This document shows, piece by piece, positions 63,751-64,000 of a stretch of DNA of 64,000 nucleotides. Position 1 is the stretch's first letter, and each line of letters begins with the position of its first letter. The notes under the pieces are model-generated. The model had not been told where the DNA came from, searched no databases, and worked only from the letters and a program-made list of their open reading frames with translations. This DNA comes from Cirrosporium novae-zelandiae. Taxonomy: Eukaryota. The stretch is from the NCBI GenBank assembly GCA_026023565.1, contig JAPETS010000009.1, positions 248,001 to 312,000 of the forward strand, in the 5' to 3' direction. A program made the position numbers and the translations under genes.

Positions 63751-64000
63751 TGGGGGAGAAAGAAAATGAGGTTGATTAAAAAAAAAATTTTTTTTGACTC
63801 CTGGGCTTGCTTGGTATGGTGGTGGTAAGAAGACAAAGGAGATGATAGAGAAAGGGGTTAGAAACAACTATCCTCCGCACACACAGACTCTGTCTCTAAT
63901 CCCCACATACCCACATACCCCTATACCCAAAGTTCAGGATTTAAATTCTTTATAACGATAATGGTAATGATAATGACGACAACAACGGCAATGACGTTTA

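Noticed and set aside
1..64000. tRNA, 5S rRNA, CRISPR arrays, intact transposase or reverse-transcriptase ORFs
   Set aside because: None recognised by eye. tRNAscan-SE and Infernal would be needed to exclude small RNA genes.

Overview
Eukaryotic DNA from a filamentous ascomycete: short GT-AG introns with CTRAC branch sites and Pezizomycotina-type gene families. The species cannot be determined from the sequence. Apparently intact genes: a 5-exon, 6-Cys small secreted protein that the ORF track misses; a secreted Kex2-processed beta-rich protein; a hypothetical protein; an APC amino-acid permease; a PTH11-like receptor; an Asp f 4-like protein; a DHA2 MFS / SnoaL-like / GMC oxidoreductase / carboxylesterase block; a GH128 glucanase; and a ricin-B/Mid2-like membrane protein. 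Decayed accessory genes are interspersed, densest at about 9-29 kb: an NRPS thiolation-domain relic, a kinase, a head-to-head pair of a DUF7025-type AAA+ ATPase and a Walker-A-less NACHT-like protein, a collapsed DUF3435 (Starship captain family) recombinase relic, a DUF7924-like relic, a beta-lactamase-family gene, and a SesB-like lipase with a possible amyloid tail split by a 311-bp insertion. Further on lie an ankyrin relic and a NACHT-C2H2-Tup1-like WD40 gene. Best candidates for an undescribed system: (1) the co-decayed AAA+/pseudo-NACHT pair beside the recombinase relic; (2) the intact MFS-SnoaL-GMC-esterase block. All family assignments come from motifs recognised by eye, not from database searches.
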